From Eledone cirrhosa (lineage: Eukaryota): a stretch of 64,000 bases of DNA. Below are positions 1 through 13,229 of this stretch, piece after piece (the stretch's first letter is position 1; every line of letters starts with the position of its first letter). The DNA lies in assembly GCA_964016885.1 (NCBI GenBank), contig OZ024740.1, positions 336,164,001 through 336,228,000 on the forward strand, given 5' to 3'. A model generated the notes under the pieces. It was given only the letters and a program-made list of their open reading frames with translations, was not told where the DNA came from and did not search any database. The position numbers and the translations under genes were made by a program.

Positions 1-33
1 TCTTATCGGACAATTAACATAAAATCGCGCCGA

Positions 34-909
34 GTGGAACGGGCATCCGAGTCCCAAATCCAAAAAGCTTTGGGACATGTGTGGGCCAAAAAAACCCACA
101 TCAGACGTGGGAAGAAGTATGGAATCGTGGACGTGTTCTTTGAAACACCACAGGAGGCCAGAGAACACTCCATGGTCCCATTAAGAAGTGATAACTTCAC
201 ACTCGTCCCAAGCTATTGTGGCCAGAGACTTGTGAAGATCAGGGTGACCCACGTTCCACCGGCCATCGAAATTCCCTGGCTAATAGCTGTCGTCCTCGCC
301 GGCATCGAGGCCAACACCAAGATAATTGAAATAGCGAAAGAAAAGCAGGAGAACTGGTTCGGATCTGGGATGGAGCTCCTGATCCAAGCGGACCATAAAA
401 GCATTGAGGAGATCCCAGAGGTAATAGACCTCACTGACGGCAGCCACCTCACCGTAATCGTCGAGGGCAGAAGACCTAGGTGTGTCGTTTGTGGTGAAGG
501 AACCCCCCTAAGGGCTTTCTGCCCTCAGGCTAAAAGGTTGAGGCCACCTCTCTTACCCATTCCAGTGACTCAACCATCAACACCACCAGCAGCAGAAATG
601 GCAGCAACAACTGTAGCAGCAACAACAGAAGCAACTGTAACAGCAACAACCCCAGCAACAGTAGCAAAACCAACACCACCACCACCCAACGCGCCAGAAC
701 TAGCACCAGCGCCTACACCATCCAGCACGCCACAACCAAAACCAATGCCTGTGGAGGATTTTCCACTCCCCGGCTTATCGCAACTGGAGACAGATTGTGA
801 CGACGAGGAGTGGGAAACGATATCAGGAAAAAAGAAAAAAAGAAACCAAAAAAGAAAAAAATTCTCTTCCTTACCCCTCCAAAAACAAAATACAGAGGGA
901 AACAAATAA
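34..909 (+). CDS. LINE ORF1 (gag-like nucleic-acid-binding protein), probably 5'-partial
   Basis: GRRPRCVVCGEGTPLRAFCP is a degenerate CCHC knuckle. It is followed by a Pro/Thr-rich region and a basic WETISGKKKKR tail, upstream of ORF2. Confidence 0.75.
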   Translation: MERASESQIQKALGHVWAKKTHIRRGKKYGIVDVFFETPQEAREHSMVPLRSDNFTLVPSYCGQRLVKIRVTHVPPAIEIPWLIAVVLAGIEANTKIIEIAKEKQENWFGSGMELLIQADHKSIEEIPEVIDLTDGSHLTVIVEGRRPRCVVCGEGTPLRAFCPQAKRLRPPLLPIPVTQPSTPPAAEMAATTVAATTEATVTATTPATVAKPTPPPPNAPELAPAPTPSSTPQPKPMPVEDFPLPGLSQLETDCDDEEWETISGKKKKRNQKRKKFSSLPLQKQNTEGNK

Positions 910-1432
910 ATTATCAAACAAAAAAGTTAGGACGGATATGCTACCATCCACACCAGCATCACCAACCCCATCACCACAAACACCAACACCATCACCATCA
1001 TTAACCCCAACACCACATCACCAACACCACAAAAGTCACCAAAAAGCGTAACAGAAACAAACCCACAACAAACGCAAACAAAACAAAACAACCAAAAGGA
1101 TACACACTACACAGCATTAAATTTGAACAACAACCAATTATTACACTACATGCAACACAACACCAGCATCACAGAAAAAGACTACACAACAACCCAAAAG
1201 TTCACACCACCTCCACACATACAAATCACTCGCATCACACAGAAAACGTACACGACACTAAAACAAAAATTCCCCAAAGACATCGGAGACTTCCGACAAA
1301 CACTCTCCAGGAGGATTTATAAGGACATCCTTCCGGAGGAGGCCACAAGCAGTGAAAAGGATGAACAAACCATCCTTCCTCTACGAGAAGTAAGGTAAGT
1401 GGTATTTCCCATCTTTTCCACTCCATTTCAAC

Positions 1433-4400
1433 ATGACCTCACTCAGAATAGGCAGCATAAATGCGCGTGGCTTGGTATCGTCATGGAAGCAGGTCCACCT
1501 GCTCAACGACCTCAGGTCACTAAACATAGATGTAGTGGCCATCAGCGAGACCAGAATCTCCGAAGCACGGGCCTTCGCACCGATCTTCGGCGGCTACGAT
1601 GTGTACGCATCTCCCAGCCGTCGGGGATCGGGGGGCGGAGTTGCTGTGCTTTTTCGGAGAGGTTTGGATCTCGCCATACTTCTCACCAGAAGGTAAGTTG
1701 GTGGTGCTGGACGTGACCAGCGGAGACGGGCAAGCTTTCAGGCTAGTGGCCATCTATGCCCCGACAGGAGCAGGGCGGCCTGATTTCTTCCGGCGTCTGG
1801 AGACCTTTCTTGGAACATCCCACTCTTTAGTGTTAGTGGGCGACTGGAACGGGATCTTAGATGCACGCTGGGACTGTGTGGGATTAGCGGAGAAGGGAGG
1901 AGGGAGCAAGAGCTTCACCAACCTGCTCAGGCGTTTTGAACTGTCTGACAAGTACCGATTGGATTTCCCGAATGTGCGAATGTGGACTTGGACAAATCGC
2001 ATAGGGTCATCCAGATCATATCTAGATAGAGTATTTTGTAGAGAAATAGATAGGTCTAGCATAGGCTGTCCACAATTCAAGATAGTCAGCTACACGGACC
2101 ATAAATGCGTGATCTGTGTGCTTGACTTAGATAGGCTTCATAGACGAGGACCCGACTACTGGAAGCTAAACGCGTCCTTACCAGCGCGCAAGGCCTACAG
2201 AGACCAGATTACGGAACTAGTTAAGCGGGCGTTGACGGTGGGCATCGTCAACAACAAGTGGTGGTTTGCTCTGAAAAGAGCAATTAGAATAGAGTCCATT
2301 AGGTTTAGTAAGGCTTTAGCAATAGAGAAAAATAGAGCAGAGGGAGAATTAGTTAGAAAATTAGACGAGGCGCTTAGCAAAGGCATCGCGACCGACGTAC
2401 TTGCGGCGAAATTGGCCCTTGACCAATTCTTCAATGGAAGGCACGAAGGCTGCGTTGTCAGAGCTAGGGTGCGTGCTCTCAGACACGAGGGGACGAAAGC
2501 CGTTCAATGGGCCCGAGTGGCGGAGGCGCGTCGTGGCAACAAAGCCACGATCCGGTCTTTGGTGGACCACGACGGGCGCATGCTACTCGATCCCGGGCAA
2601 ATGTGTGAAGCTTTTCAGCGACACTTCGCTCAGTTGGGGGGTGCTAGCAAAGAGGTTGGCGCTTGTCGTTGGTGGTCTGGTGGGAGAGGCACAGACATGC
2701 GCCATTCCCGACAGATCCATCCACGACAACCTCCACCTCATGCGATACATCGTAGAGAGGGTAGCTAGGGAACCTGGCACGGGTGGGTCTTTGATCAATT
2801 TAGATCAGTCGAAAGCCTTCGATAGGGTCGACCATCGTTACCTAGCGGCAGTCCTGAGGGCGGCTGGCTTTGGGCCCATCTTCAGAGGCTGGATCGCTGC
2901 CATGCACAGCGACATCTGCTCTGTAGTGAGAGTGAACGGTCACCTTTCGGAACCGTTCAACATCATGCGTTCGGTCCGCCAAGGATGTCCCCTCTCGTCC
3001 CTATTGTACGTATTGACTCTCGAGCCATTACTGCACAAACTGGAGACGTTGAGGGGGGTCCTGCGCGAACTAGGATGCGGAAGATCCGTGTCAGCATATG
3101 CCGACGATGTCACCGTAGTGGTGTCGAACGCCAAACACATCGAGGCGATCGGCACTACACTAAGAGAATACGAAGCGGTGACAGGAGCAATGATCAACCA
3201 GGAAAAGTCAGTGGGCCTGCAGCTCGGCACCTGGAGAGGCAGGTCCATGCCGTCCAACAGCGTCGTCGGGCGCTGGACGGACGGACCGGTTAAATTGCTA
3301 GGGGTCTGGTTCGGTCCAGACCTCCAGACGGACAAAAACTGGGACGAGGTGACGAGCAGGGTGGCTTCTCTCACCCAGAAATGGGCGGAGAGGAAGTTAT
3401 CCCTGAAAGGTCGAGCGGAGGTGGCTAACGCGTACATCGCGTCTGTCATCTGCTACCGCCTGACCGTCGTACCTTGTCCTAAGCCCCGCCTGACTGCGCT
3501 GGAGCGTTTTCTCTTTCGCTTCTTGTGGAAGGGACGCGCTCCGATGGTCAGGCGGTCCATCTGCTGTCAACACCCGCTACGTGGAGGGCTGGGCATGCCG
3601 TGGCTGATGATGCGCAGACACGCGCTCAGGCTACGACATCTCCACCTCTTCCTCGACGGTGATCAGGTGTGGTCGCCGTTTGCAAGACACGTTTTTCCCC
3701 AGCTCGTTTCCTTGACGGAGCTGCAGTCCTGGGTCAAGCGAAGACCGAGAGGGAGCGCTTGGAGACTGGAATGTCTTCAGGCGCTCACAGCCCTCGACCA
3801 ATCGGGCAATGTGATCGGTGGAAACTCCACCTTGGCGTTCTATAGGGGATTAGTGGCGGGGAAGAGCGACGACGTACTTGGAGAAACTCTAGGCGTCGAC
3901 GAAAATCAACTAGCCAATCTCTTCGGAAGGACTTTCGGGCCGGGGCCTATGGACAACTTCCAGAAATCCCTGGCCTGGCAGTGCTACCGAGGAGCTTTGC
4001 CAGTTCGGGATAAACTCTACAGGCATGGAGGTGCCGTCAGCCGGGCATGTCCGAGATGCGCGCAGGGCGACGAAACCGTCCTGCACGCACTCGTCCAGTG
4101 TCCGAGCATTGCTGACTTGTGGGTTTATGTCGAACACCTGCTGTCACGTGTAGGACGGATCCAGCTATCAGCTGAGTCCATCGTGAGGATTGCCCCGCCC
4201 CCTTCCTTTAGCCTGGAAGGGCAGGCAGTTTTTATCTGTCTGGTGGCCATGGCGAAAGAGATAGTATGGTGGACACGTTTGAAAGGGCTGAAGACGAGCA
4301 CTTACCTCTTCGGTGATGCCCTGATTAACTTTTTCAAATTTCATTTGAAAAGGAAAATCAGGGTAGAGAGGGAAGTGCTCTCTTCCCAGCATTTTGTTGA

Positions 4401-4464
4401 AAGATGGGTGAGAGAAGCAAGTATGGCCCGAATGAATGGGCCTTCTCTGAGTATGTGTCTGTAA
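1433..4464 (+). pseudogene. LINE ORF2 (APE endonuclease, reverse transcriptase, C-terminal CCHC) with a frameshift near 1690 and a deletion near 2635
   Basis: APE motifs SINARGL, AISET, LVGDWN, YLDR, TDH. RT motifs LDQSKAFDRV, VRQGCPLS, AYADD. C-terminal CPRC...ETVLHALVQC. The protein is split over three reading frames. Confidence 0.92.
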
Positions 4465-5215
4465 ATTAAAGGTGGAAAACTGGGAGAGGGCACTTGCCCT
4501 GGTGGTCAGGGCCACTGTGGTCTTTTAATGGGCTTTCTCCACAAATGTCCCTTGGAAGTCTCCCCCCTATTGGGGAATTTTTCTTTGTTATTTTATTTCA
4601 ACCTCTGTTTTTTTACACGCAGAAATGCCCATTTGTACCGTCCTGTATTGTCCTGTACTGTCCTTAATGTCTACTTTATGTGAACCCTTGTGGTTAATAA
4701 AGAAAACATTATTATTATTAGTATTACTATTATTATCATTATTATTATTATTACTATAAGTTGTGTATCAAAATTTGTTTGCTCAACATACCGTCTAGAA
4801 TTATTTAGATCTTGTTAGGCGGTTTTAACCGTGTTCGTGCAATTTCGATTTACAAGTCAGCTTGTTTTGTTGTTGGCGTCGTTGTTTTTGTTATCGTCGT
4901 CGTTGTCGTTGTTGTTGTGGTTGTAGATGCATCATAGCCGAATGATTAAGATGTTTGCTTCGCAATCATAAGAACTTTGGTTTGATCCCGCTGGATAAAT
5001 CGAAACTGCATAGAAGCCTGTCGGAGAGACTGCACTTATCAATCACTTTATAACGATAAATCTTTCTCAGAATACTTTATGGGTGGAATACTCAGCCACT
5101 TTCAAGTTAATTAAATGATCAAGTTGTTCCGCTGTTAAAACAACTGGAACACTGGTCGTCGAAACCGACGGAGGTCCATTCTATTATTACTATTACTGTT
5201 ATTATTATTGTTATT

Positions 5216-5410
5216 ATAAGGGCGGTTGATTGGCAGTATCGGTAGAGGGTCGGACGCCATGCTTTCCAGCATAGTTACGTCCGTTTACAGTCTGAGTTCA
5301 AATCCCGTCGAGCTTAACTTTGCCTTTCATCCGGGGTCGATAAAAATAAAGTACCAGTAATGTACTGGATATTTGCTGGCCTTGTGCCAAAAGTAGAAAC
5401 AATTATTATT
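5216..5410 (+). mobile_element. tRNA-derived SINE with Nin/Deu-like central domain (family A)
   Basis: A-box-like tggcagtatcggt, B-box gagttcaaatccc, tgcctttcatcc..ggggtcgataaaa..agtaccag core and an ATT tail. Confidence 0.85.
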
Positions 5411-5520
5411 GTTCTCCACGAATGTCCCTCAGAAGTTTCCCCCTTATTGGGGAATTTTTCATTGTTCTTTTTTTGTTACATCCTTTGTTTTGGCCCAAAT
5501 ATTTTATTAATATTTGAACA
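5411..5520 (+). mobile_element. Isolated 3' UTR fragment of the Tx1-like LINE
   Basis: ctccacgaatgtccctcagaagtttccccc...ggggaattttt matches 4537-4585. Confidence 0.7.
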
Positions 5521-5536
5521 TTTTACTTTTAAAAAT

Positions 5537-8500
5537 TACCTGCTCAGACGTTTTGAACTATCTGGCAGGTATAGGCTGGATTATCCGAATGTGCCAATCT
5601 GAACATGGGCAAACCGCATCGGGTCATCCAGATCCTATTTAGATAGGGTATTCTGTAGGGAAACAGATAAGACTAGTGTAGGTTGTCCACAATTTAAAGT
5701 AGTCGACTACACTGACTACAAATTTGTTATCTGTGAAGTTGACTTAGATAGACTCCATAGGTAAGGGCCCGGCTACTGGAAGCTGAACGCGTCGTTCCCG
5801 GCGCGCAAAGCTTACAGAGACCGGATTAGCGAATTAGTTAAGCGTGCGTTGATGGGTGCGATCGTCAACACCAGGTGGTGATTTACCCTGAAAAGGGCTA
5901 TTAAAGTTAGAATCGATAAGGTTTAGCAAAGGAGTAGTGATAGAAGAAAATAGAGTAGATGGAGAGTTAGTTAAAAATCTAGAAGAGGCGTTTAGGACAG
6001 GCATCGCAACCGACGTGCTTGCGGCTAGATTGGCACTCGACCAATTCTTCAACGCAAAGCATGGAGGCTGCGTTGTCAGAGCTAGACCGCGTGCTCTAAG
6101 ACACGAGGGGACGAAAGCCGTCCAATTGGGTCCGGGTGGTGGAGGCGTGACGTGGCAACAAGTCCACAATTCGGTCTTTGCCTGATCAAAACGGGCGCAT
6201 ATTGCTCGAACCTGAGCAGATGTGTGCGGCTTTTCAACAGCACTTTGCTCAATTGTTCGGGAGCGGCGGCGGGCCGCATCGGAGTATGGACTTCGGTGCA
6301 TACCTCGACGGACTGCCGCGGCTCTCGACGACCGCAGCGCAGTGCTGCGAAAATCCGATAACAGCAGGTGAAATACGGGAAGCGATGTCTGACTGCGTGA
6401 GGAGTAAATCGTCAGGTTTGGATGGTCTGCCCTACGAGCTTTATGCGTATATACTAGACTTGTTCGGCGACTTCTTGGCAGATGTCTACTGCAACTGGCA
6501 GCAGAACGGGAGCATTCCCAGTTTTGTGAGCCGGGGAGCGGTGGCGCTGCTGAGAAAAGACCCGAACAAGGGGGTCGTTATAGACAACTTCAGGCCCATA
6601 ACTCTGCTAAACGCAGAGTTTAAGATTTTGGCCTAGGTGTTAGCAAAGAGATTGGCGCTTGTCATCGGTGATCTGGTGGGAGAGGCGCAGACATGCGCCA
6701 TTCCGGACAGATCCATCCATGACAACCTCCATCTCATGCGATACATCATAGAGAGGGTGGTTAAGGAACCTTGCACTGGCGGGGCTCTGATCAACTTGGA
6801 TCAATCTAAAGCATTTGATAGGGTCGACCATCGGTACCTGGATGTGGTCCTCGAGGCGGCCGGATTCGGGCCCGTTTTTAGAGGCTAGATTGCTGCGATG
6901 CACAGTGGTATCGGCTCGATTGTGCGGGTGAATGGTCACCTGTCGCAGCCTTTCATCAATCTGCGCTCGGGCCGCCAGGGTTTCCCTCTCTCATCCCTCT
7001 TGTACGTACTAGCCCTAGAGCCGTTACTGCACGAATTGGAGACGATGAAGGGGGTCCCACGCGAACTGGGATGCGGGAGATCCGTGTCAGCTTACGCCGA
7101 CGACGTCACCGTGGTGGTGTCGAGCACCAAACACGTCCAGATGCTCGGCACCGCTCTCAAGGAATACGAAGCGGTGACAGGAGCAAAGATCAACCAGGAA
7201 AAGTCGGTGGGCTTGCAACTCGGCAGTTGGAGATGGAAGTCCATGCCATCCGACAGCATCGTGGGGCGCTGGACGGAAGGACCGGTTAAATTTCTCGGGG
7301 TCTGATCCGCTCTGGACCTCCAGATGGAGAAAAACTGGAGCGAGGTGACGAGCAGGATGGCAGAAATGGGACGAGAGGCCCATTGTCTGTGTCCGAAAGG
7401 TCGAGCGGGGGTGACGAATGCGTACATAGCGTCCGTCATCTGCTACCTCCTGACCGTCGTACCTTCCTCCGCCCAACTCTGACCAAAATGAAGCCCCTTC
7501 TCTTCCGCGTTTTGTGGAAGGGACGTGCTCCCATGGTCAGACGATCCATTTGCTGTCAACACCCGTTGCATGTAGGACTAGGCATGCCGTGGCTGATGAT
7601 GCGCAAACATGCGCTAAGGCTGCGACATCTCTGGTGCTTCCTTGACGGTGAACAGGTGTGGTCGCCGTTTGCCAGACTTGCTTTTCCCCAGCTCGTCTCC
7701 TTGGCAGAGCTGCAGTCCTCGAGATAGCGCTTGGGAGCTGGAATGTCTCCAAGCGCTCACCGCCCTCCAACAGCTGGGCACTAGTATCGGTGGAACATCC
7801 ACCTCGGCGTTCTATAGAGGGCTAGTGGAGGGAAAGAGCGACGACGTTCTCGGGGAGACCCTGGGCGTCGAAGACGATCAGCTGTTCGCTCTCTTCAAGA
7901 GAACTTTCAGACCGGGACCTATGGACAACTTCCAAAAATTCCTGGCCTGGCAGTGCTACCGGGGAGCGTTGCCGGTTCGGGATAAGCTCTACAGGCATGG
8001 AGGTGCTGTCAGCCGAACCTGTCCAAGATGCGCGCAGGGCGATGAAACCGTCCTGCATGCACTCGTTCAGTGCCCGAGGATTGCTGACTTGTAGAGCTAT
8101 GTCGAACAGCTTCTGTCGCGTGTAGGACGGGTCCGGTTATCGACTGAGTCCATTGTGCAGATAGCCCCGCCATCCTCCTTTAAAGAGGAGGAAGGGCAGG
8201 CAGTTTTCATCAGCCTGGTGGCCATGGCGAAAGAGATTGTGTGGTGGACAAGGTTGAAAGGGTTGAAGACGGACACTTTCCTCTTCGGTCAATCCCTGAT
8301 TAACTTTTTCAAGTTTCACTTGAAGAGGAAAATCAGGGTGGAGAGGCAAGTGCTGTCTTCTAGTAAGTTTGTTGAAAGGTGGGTGAAAGTGGCGTGTCTG
8401 GTCCGAGTGAACGGGCCCCCTCTGAGTATGCGCCTGTAGACTGAGGATTGGGAAAAGTGAGAGAGGGCGCTTGCCCTGGTGGTCAGGGTGCCCATGGCCT

Positions 8501-8760
8501 TTTTGTGTGGTTTTCGCCACGAGTGACCCTCGGAGGCTTCCCCCATTTTGGGAGAATTTTTTTTGTTTGAATTTTTTTTACTTCTAGCCCAATTTTGTTA
8601 TAACCTGTTTACACGACCAAAATTCGCTTTGTATCGTCCTGTACTGTTCTGTGCCGTCTCTAATGTTTTTCTTTGTGTCAGCCCTTGTGACCAATAAAGA
8701 AACCATTATTAATATTCTTGTTGTTGTTAATATTATTATTATAGTTATTATTATCGTCAT
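5537..8760 (+). mobile_element. Tx1-like L1 LINE, copy 2; 5'-truncated within APE, with many stops and frameshifts
   Basis: Colinear with copy 1 from ~1920. Motifs NFRPITLLNAEFKILA, LDQSKAFDRVD, AYADD, CPRC. Similar 3' UTR with AATAAA and an ATT tail. Confidence 0.92.
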
Positions 8761-9536
8761 TATAACTACCCTTCCTTGACTACTCGTTTCTTTCTTTCTT
8801 TCGTTACATCTGATTTAATTATTCCAGGTGAATTTTTTAATCAGAAGATGGAATGATTAAAAAAAAAGGTTTATTTGATCATTTAAGATTCATTCAGAGA
8901 GAAAATTAATTGCAGAATAATTTCATTGAAAAGAATGGTTGTGTACGTGTTGTGGTGGTAAAGGACGACAGTGTTTAAAGTTACTTGTGTGATTGTGTCG
9001 TGGAAGATAGTAATGATTGTGACAAAAATATTGCTTCTGCGTAGTGAGGTGGTAGAGGTTAGTATTGGTGATAGAAACTACCTCTCTGTTTGTGTATATG
9101 TATTTGTGTGTTTGTATGTGTGTGATGGTAGAAGGTGCGAGTGGTAAATGCTACCTGTGTGGGTGTGTGCGTAGGTTGGTATGGGCATTAATGCTCATTG
9201 TGTTCTTTTATTAGTTTCATTTATTAAACTGTGGCAATGCTGGGGCTTGCATTTTAGTCGATCACGTCGAACCCAGTACTTATTTTATCGATCTTTTTTT
9301 ACGAAGCTCTAGAATATGTGATATATGTTAATAATCACGCACGCACACACGCACGCACAGTCACTGAAGAGGTCACAGAATGTGTGACGAAAGAACTTTG
9401 GAACCAACTCCGGTTGTGGAACCAACCAACCGGAGATTTATAAATTCTTAAATTTATAAATTTAATTTATAATAAATTGGAGTGAAAGCAACTGGTGCGT
9501 GTGTTTCTTATTGGCAACATGACCCTCCCAAAGCAT

Positions 9537-9604
<68 letters not shown>

Positions 9605-9728
9605 AAAGAGATAATTAATTTGTTGGTAATTCAACCAAATATATTTATAACTGATTCGAAGCACTCGACAAGTTTTTCTGGAGTATATCAATGATATTAA
9701 TAAATGGAAACTATACTTATAAAACCAT

Positions 9729-9790
9729 ATTTATTCTATTATATTTCAAGGGTACCAAAAACTTTGGTACGCTCTCATCAGATAAAATAC
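9729..9790 (-). ncRNA. Hammerhead motif, partly decayed
   Basis: tttat-CTGATGA-gagcgtaccaaa/tttggtaccctt-GAAA-tataa-TA. A homologue at 29695-29760 (-) has the core CTGCTGA. Confidence 0.6.
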
Positions 9791-9926
9791 AAAATTTGTT
9801 TTATAAATAGTGATAAACCCAGGAATCAGACCTTAACAGTTCAGGTTCCGTTTGGATAATCCAAACGGAACCTGATTTGTAAAATTGTATTCGTTGAATA
9901 ATCAATGAACCATATTAATCTTTGGC

Positions 9927-10083
<157 letters not shown>

Positions 10084-10340
10084 AAATATACACGGGTGTG
10101 TATGATTGTGTATAGAATATATTAATAAAAGGAATTCCAACCTTGCCTGATTAACTCATTTTATTTACAATCCTTTAAAATTATAATGATATTATAATGA
10201 AATAGTATGGTAGAATATTAAATGTTAATTGAACAAATACGTTCATGCTTTCGCAATCTTCAGGTTCATATTCAGTGGTGACAGTCAAGTTTGCAATTTT
10301 GGACTGTGAAAATTGCAAACTTGACTGTCACCAATGAATA

Positions 10341-10379
10341 TGAACCTGAAGATTGCGAAAGGATGAAAGTACTTGTTCA
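10341..10379 (+). ncRNA. Minimal hammerhead motif
   Basis: tgaac-CTGAAGA-ttgcgaaaggat-GAAA-gtac-TT-gttca. The mirror arm shows stem II as tgc-gaaa-gca. Confidence 0.65.
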
Positions 10380-10405
10380 ATTAACATTATATATATATTT
10401 ATGTA

Positions 10406-10445
<40 letters not shown>

Positions 10446-10566
10446 TGTAATAAACAACATAAGATAATTATTTCATTTACCAGTGGTTTCTTGAAAGCAA
10501 ACAAAATTTGCTTTCAATCACCATTATGAAAAAATCCTGATGTATTTATTGACAGTGGCAGAAATT

Positions 10567-10627
10567 TTTCATTCTGATGATTGAAAGCAAATTTTGTTTG
10601 CTTTCAAGAAACCACTGGTAAATGAAA
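10567..10627 (+). ncRNA. Type I hammerhead motif
   Basis: tttcatt-CTGATGA-ttgaaagcaaa/tttgctttcaa-GAAA-ccactgg-TA-aatgaaa. Confidence 0.85.
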
Positions 10628-11029
10628 TAATTATCTTATGTTGTTTATTACATAGCTATTAAGCTCTGTAACCTACATAGAGCACTCTTTTTTCCTGGAC
10701 CTATCCGACGGAATTACTTCATTTATATATATATATATATATAAGGAGTTTCCAAAATATCAACACCACTGTCGAATATAAAGAGCTTTTGCAGGTTGGG
10801 TTGTCAATACCTGTTTACTTCCGACAGCTCAAGTAAAATTGCATATGTGTTTAAAAGAGTATACATAATTTAGATTTCAAACATCATATTAATGTATTTA
10901 CATATGTTGTATGTATGTATGTCAGGTCATAAATGCATACGTTTACATGTGTAAACATATTTATAGGTATATGATTACATTTAACAATTATGTTTATATA
11001 TATGTGTTTGTTTGTATCATCATCATCAT

Positions 11030-11420
11030 CATCATTCCCTTGACTTCTGTAGTCGTCCAGGTGATCCTACTACAGCAGCAGCACACACTCAAAATAGTCA
11101 ACGGCGGTCACACTCAAGCAGCAGCACACACTCAAAATAATCAACGGCGGTCGTCAAGAAATCTGGTGTCGTCATTTGCGTCCATTCTTTGACATTGTCC
11201 AACCAGTTTTATGCGTTTGCGTCCCCTCCTGCGTCCACCTTCAACGGTGTCTTGCATGATGGTCTTGCACAGGCTGTTATGTCGTGTGAGGTAGCCAAAC
11301 CAAGCCAGTTTCCTCCCCTCGACAGTGGCGAGGAGAAGTTCCTGGTGACCTACAAAACTGTTAACCTTACTCCGCACGTTATTTATTGGTTTTGCGTTCC
11401 CAATAGTAAATCCGAAGGAG
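11030..11420 (-). mobile_element. RTE-clade LINE 3' fragment
   Basis: RKLAWFGYLTRHNSLCKTIMQDTVEGGRRRGR is a typical RTE C-terminus; a (GAT)n tail follows. Confidence 0.8.
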
Positions 11421-11559
11421 TTTTCTCATGCATTTGTCCTCAACGCCCGTGTCTGCAAAACTGTACAAATAATGATACAGCCATCACTGAGTAGTTAAAG
11501 ATATTGGCATCGTGGTGAAGAAGACATGTGAGTAAAATTGTGAAGACAGTTCTAGTAAT

Positions 11560-12005
11560 AACTAGTGAAATGGACTGTAGCTGTAATACACGGGGCCACG
11601 TTCGTAACACATTGTATGTCACTGATTCTACTTGAAAATTACGTTAGGAGTATAAATACTTGTGGAATGTAAAGACCCCCTTCGGTCACGAATTTGATTT
11701 GCACGAATGGGATTTGCACTTAGAAAGTTTACCTCCGAGGCACAAGTCCGGGCAAGGTTGGTTGTGGAAGACCAGCTGTCATCCATATCAGTCTCCCCTC
11801 TCAAGCCACCGTTGTTGTACAAGGGAACGGCAATGACCGATACAGCTTGATAGTGACGTCGCAACTCATTTCTATAACTGAGTAAACTGGAGCAACGTGT
11901 AATAAAGTGTCTTGCTCAAGGACATAACGCATCACCCGGTTCGAAAATCGAACTCACAACCTTCCGATTGCAAGCCTAATGCTCTAACGACTAAGCCATG
12001 CGCCG
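11560..12005 (-). mobile_element. tRNA-derived SINE with CORE-like segment (family B)
   Basis: Minus strand tggcttagtcgttagagc...gagttcgatt...gtccttgagcaagacacttt. Related copies at ~33080-33380 (+) and 53280-53410 (-). Confidence 0.7.
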
Positions 12006-12689
12006 CCACTTGTGGAATACGCAGCCATTTACATTATGATTGAAAGATTAGGCAGTTCAATTGATCGGACGTCTGAATACTTATCGTCGAAACCGATGGA
12101 GAGCCACTTACTTTGAAATTTATTTACTACAGATATAAGTATGTAAGCCCATGTGCTTGTGTATTTATGCATGTGTATGTATATGTGTGTATCTATGCAT
12201 GTATATGTATGTATTTGTATGCATATATATATGCATGTTTGTGTGTGCGTTTGTGTTTGTGCGTGTTTGCGTGTGGACGTCAGTATGTATCTGTCAGAGT
12301 ATATAAATGTGTGATATTGTGTGTACATGCGTGCACGTATATGCACGTATGTGTGTCTAAGTGCACATCATAGTGGCTGTATGTGTGGATTTCTATATGT
12401 ATGTGTATGTAAGCGTGTGTTTGTATGTCTGTATGTGAGAGTGTGTGTAAGTATGTATGTGCCTGTGTGTATGAATGTGCTTGTATGAATCTGAGTGTGT
12501 ATGTGTATGCGTGTGAGTAGACAACATACAAATCAAATGAAAGTAACTCCTAGTGGATTTGCGTCTATAACTATAGAACAGCCATAAAATTCTTGCTTCC
12601 TCTTCCGGTTAGTATATAGGTTTGCTTCCATTTGCTTCAGGTCTGTTGTTACTATTTGAATAGTAAATGAATGTCTGATGCTGCTGTTG

Positions 12690-12776
12690 TTGGGAGGGAG
12701 GGAGGTGGCAGCGGAAGTGGTGGTGGTGGTGGTGGTGATGATGGTAGCGGTTGCGCTGTGGTATTAGAGGTGGTAT

Positions 12777-12871
<95 letters not shown>

Positions 12872-13190
12872 TGGGTAGTGGTAGTGGTGGCGGTGGTGTT
12901 AGTGGTGTTCTTTTCGCTGCTGTTGGTGTTTTTCTTCTCCACCACCACCACCACCATCTTCTACTACTTCTTCTTTTCTTCTTCCTCTTCTTCCCCTTCT
13001 ATTTCTTCTACTTCTTCCTCTTCTTCTTCTACTACTTCTACTTCCTCTTTTTCTTCTTCCTCTTCTTCTTCTACTACTTCTACTTCCTCTTTTTCTTCTT
13101 CCTCTTCTTCTTCTACTACTTCTACTTCCTCTTTTTCTTCTTCCTCTTCTTCTACTACTTCTACTTCCTCTTTTTCTTTTTCCTCTTCCT

Positions 13191-13229
<39 letters not shown>

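Larger units (their letters stand above)
1..4760 (+). mobile_element. Tx1-like (L1 clade) non-LTR retrotransposon, copy 1; 5' end runs off the window; ORF2 is broken
   Basis: ORF1, then an AC-rich spacer, then APE-RT-zinc-finger ORF2. The 3' UTR ends with AATAAA (~4696) and an (ATT)n tail. Confidence 0.9.

Noticed and set aside
5225-5310. tRNA gene
   Set aside because: It has A/B boxes only and no full cloverleaf; it is a SINE head repeated many times.
9841-9875. Perfect 17-bp-stem hairpin as a terminator
   Set aside because: No U-tract and a eukaryotic context; probably another small fold-back junction.
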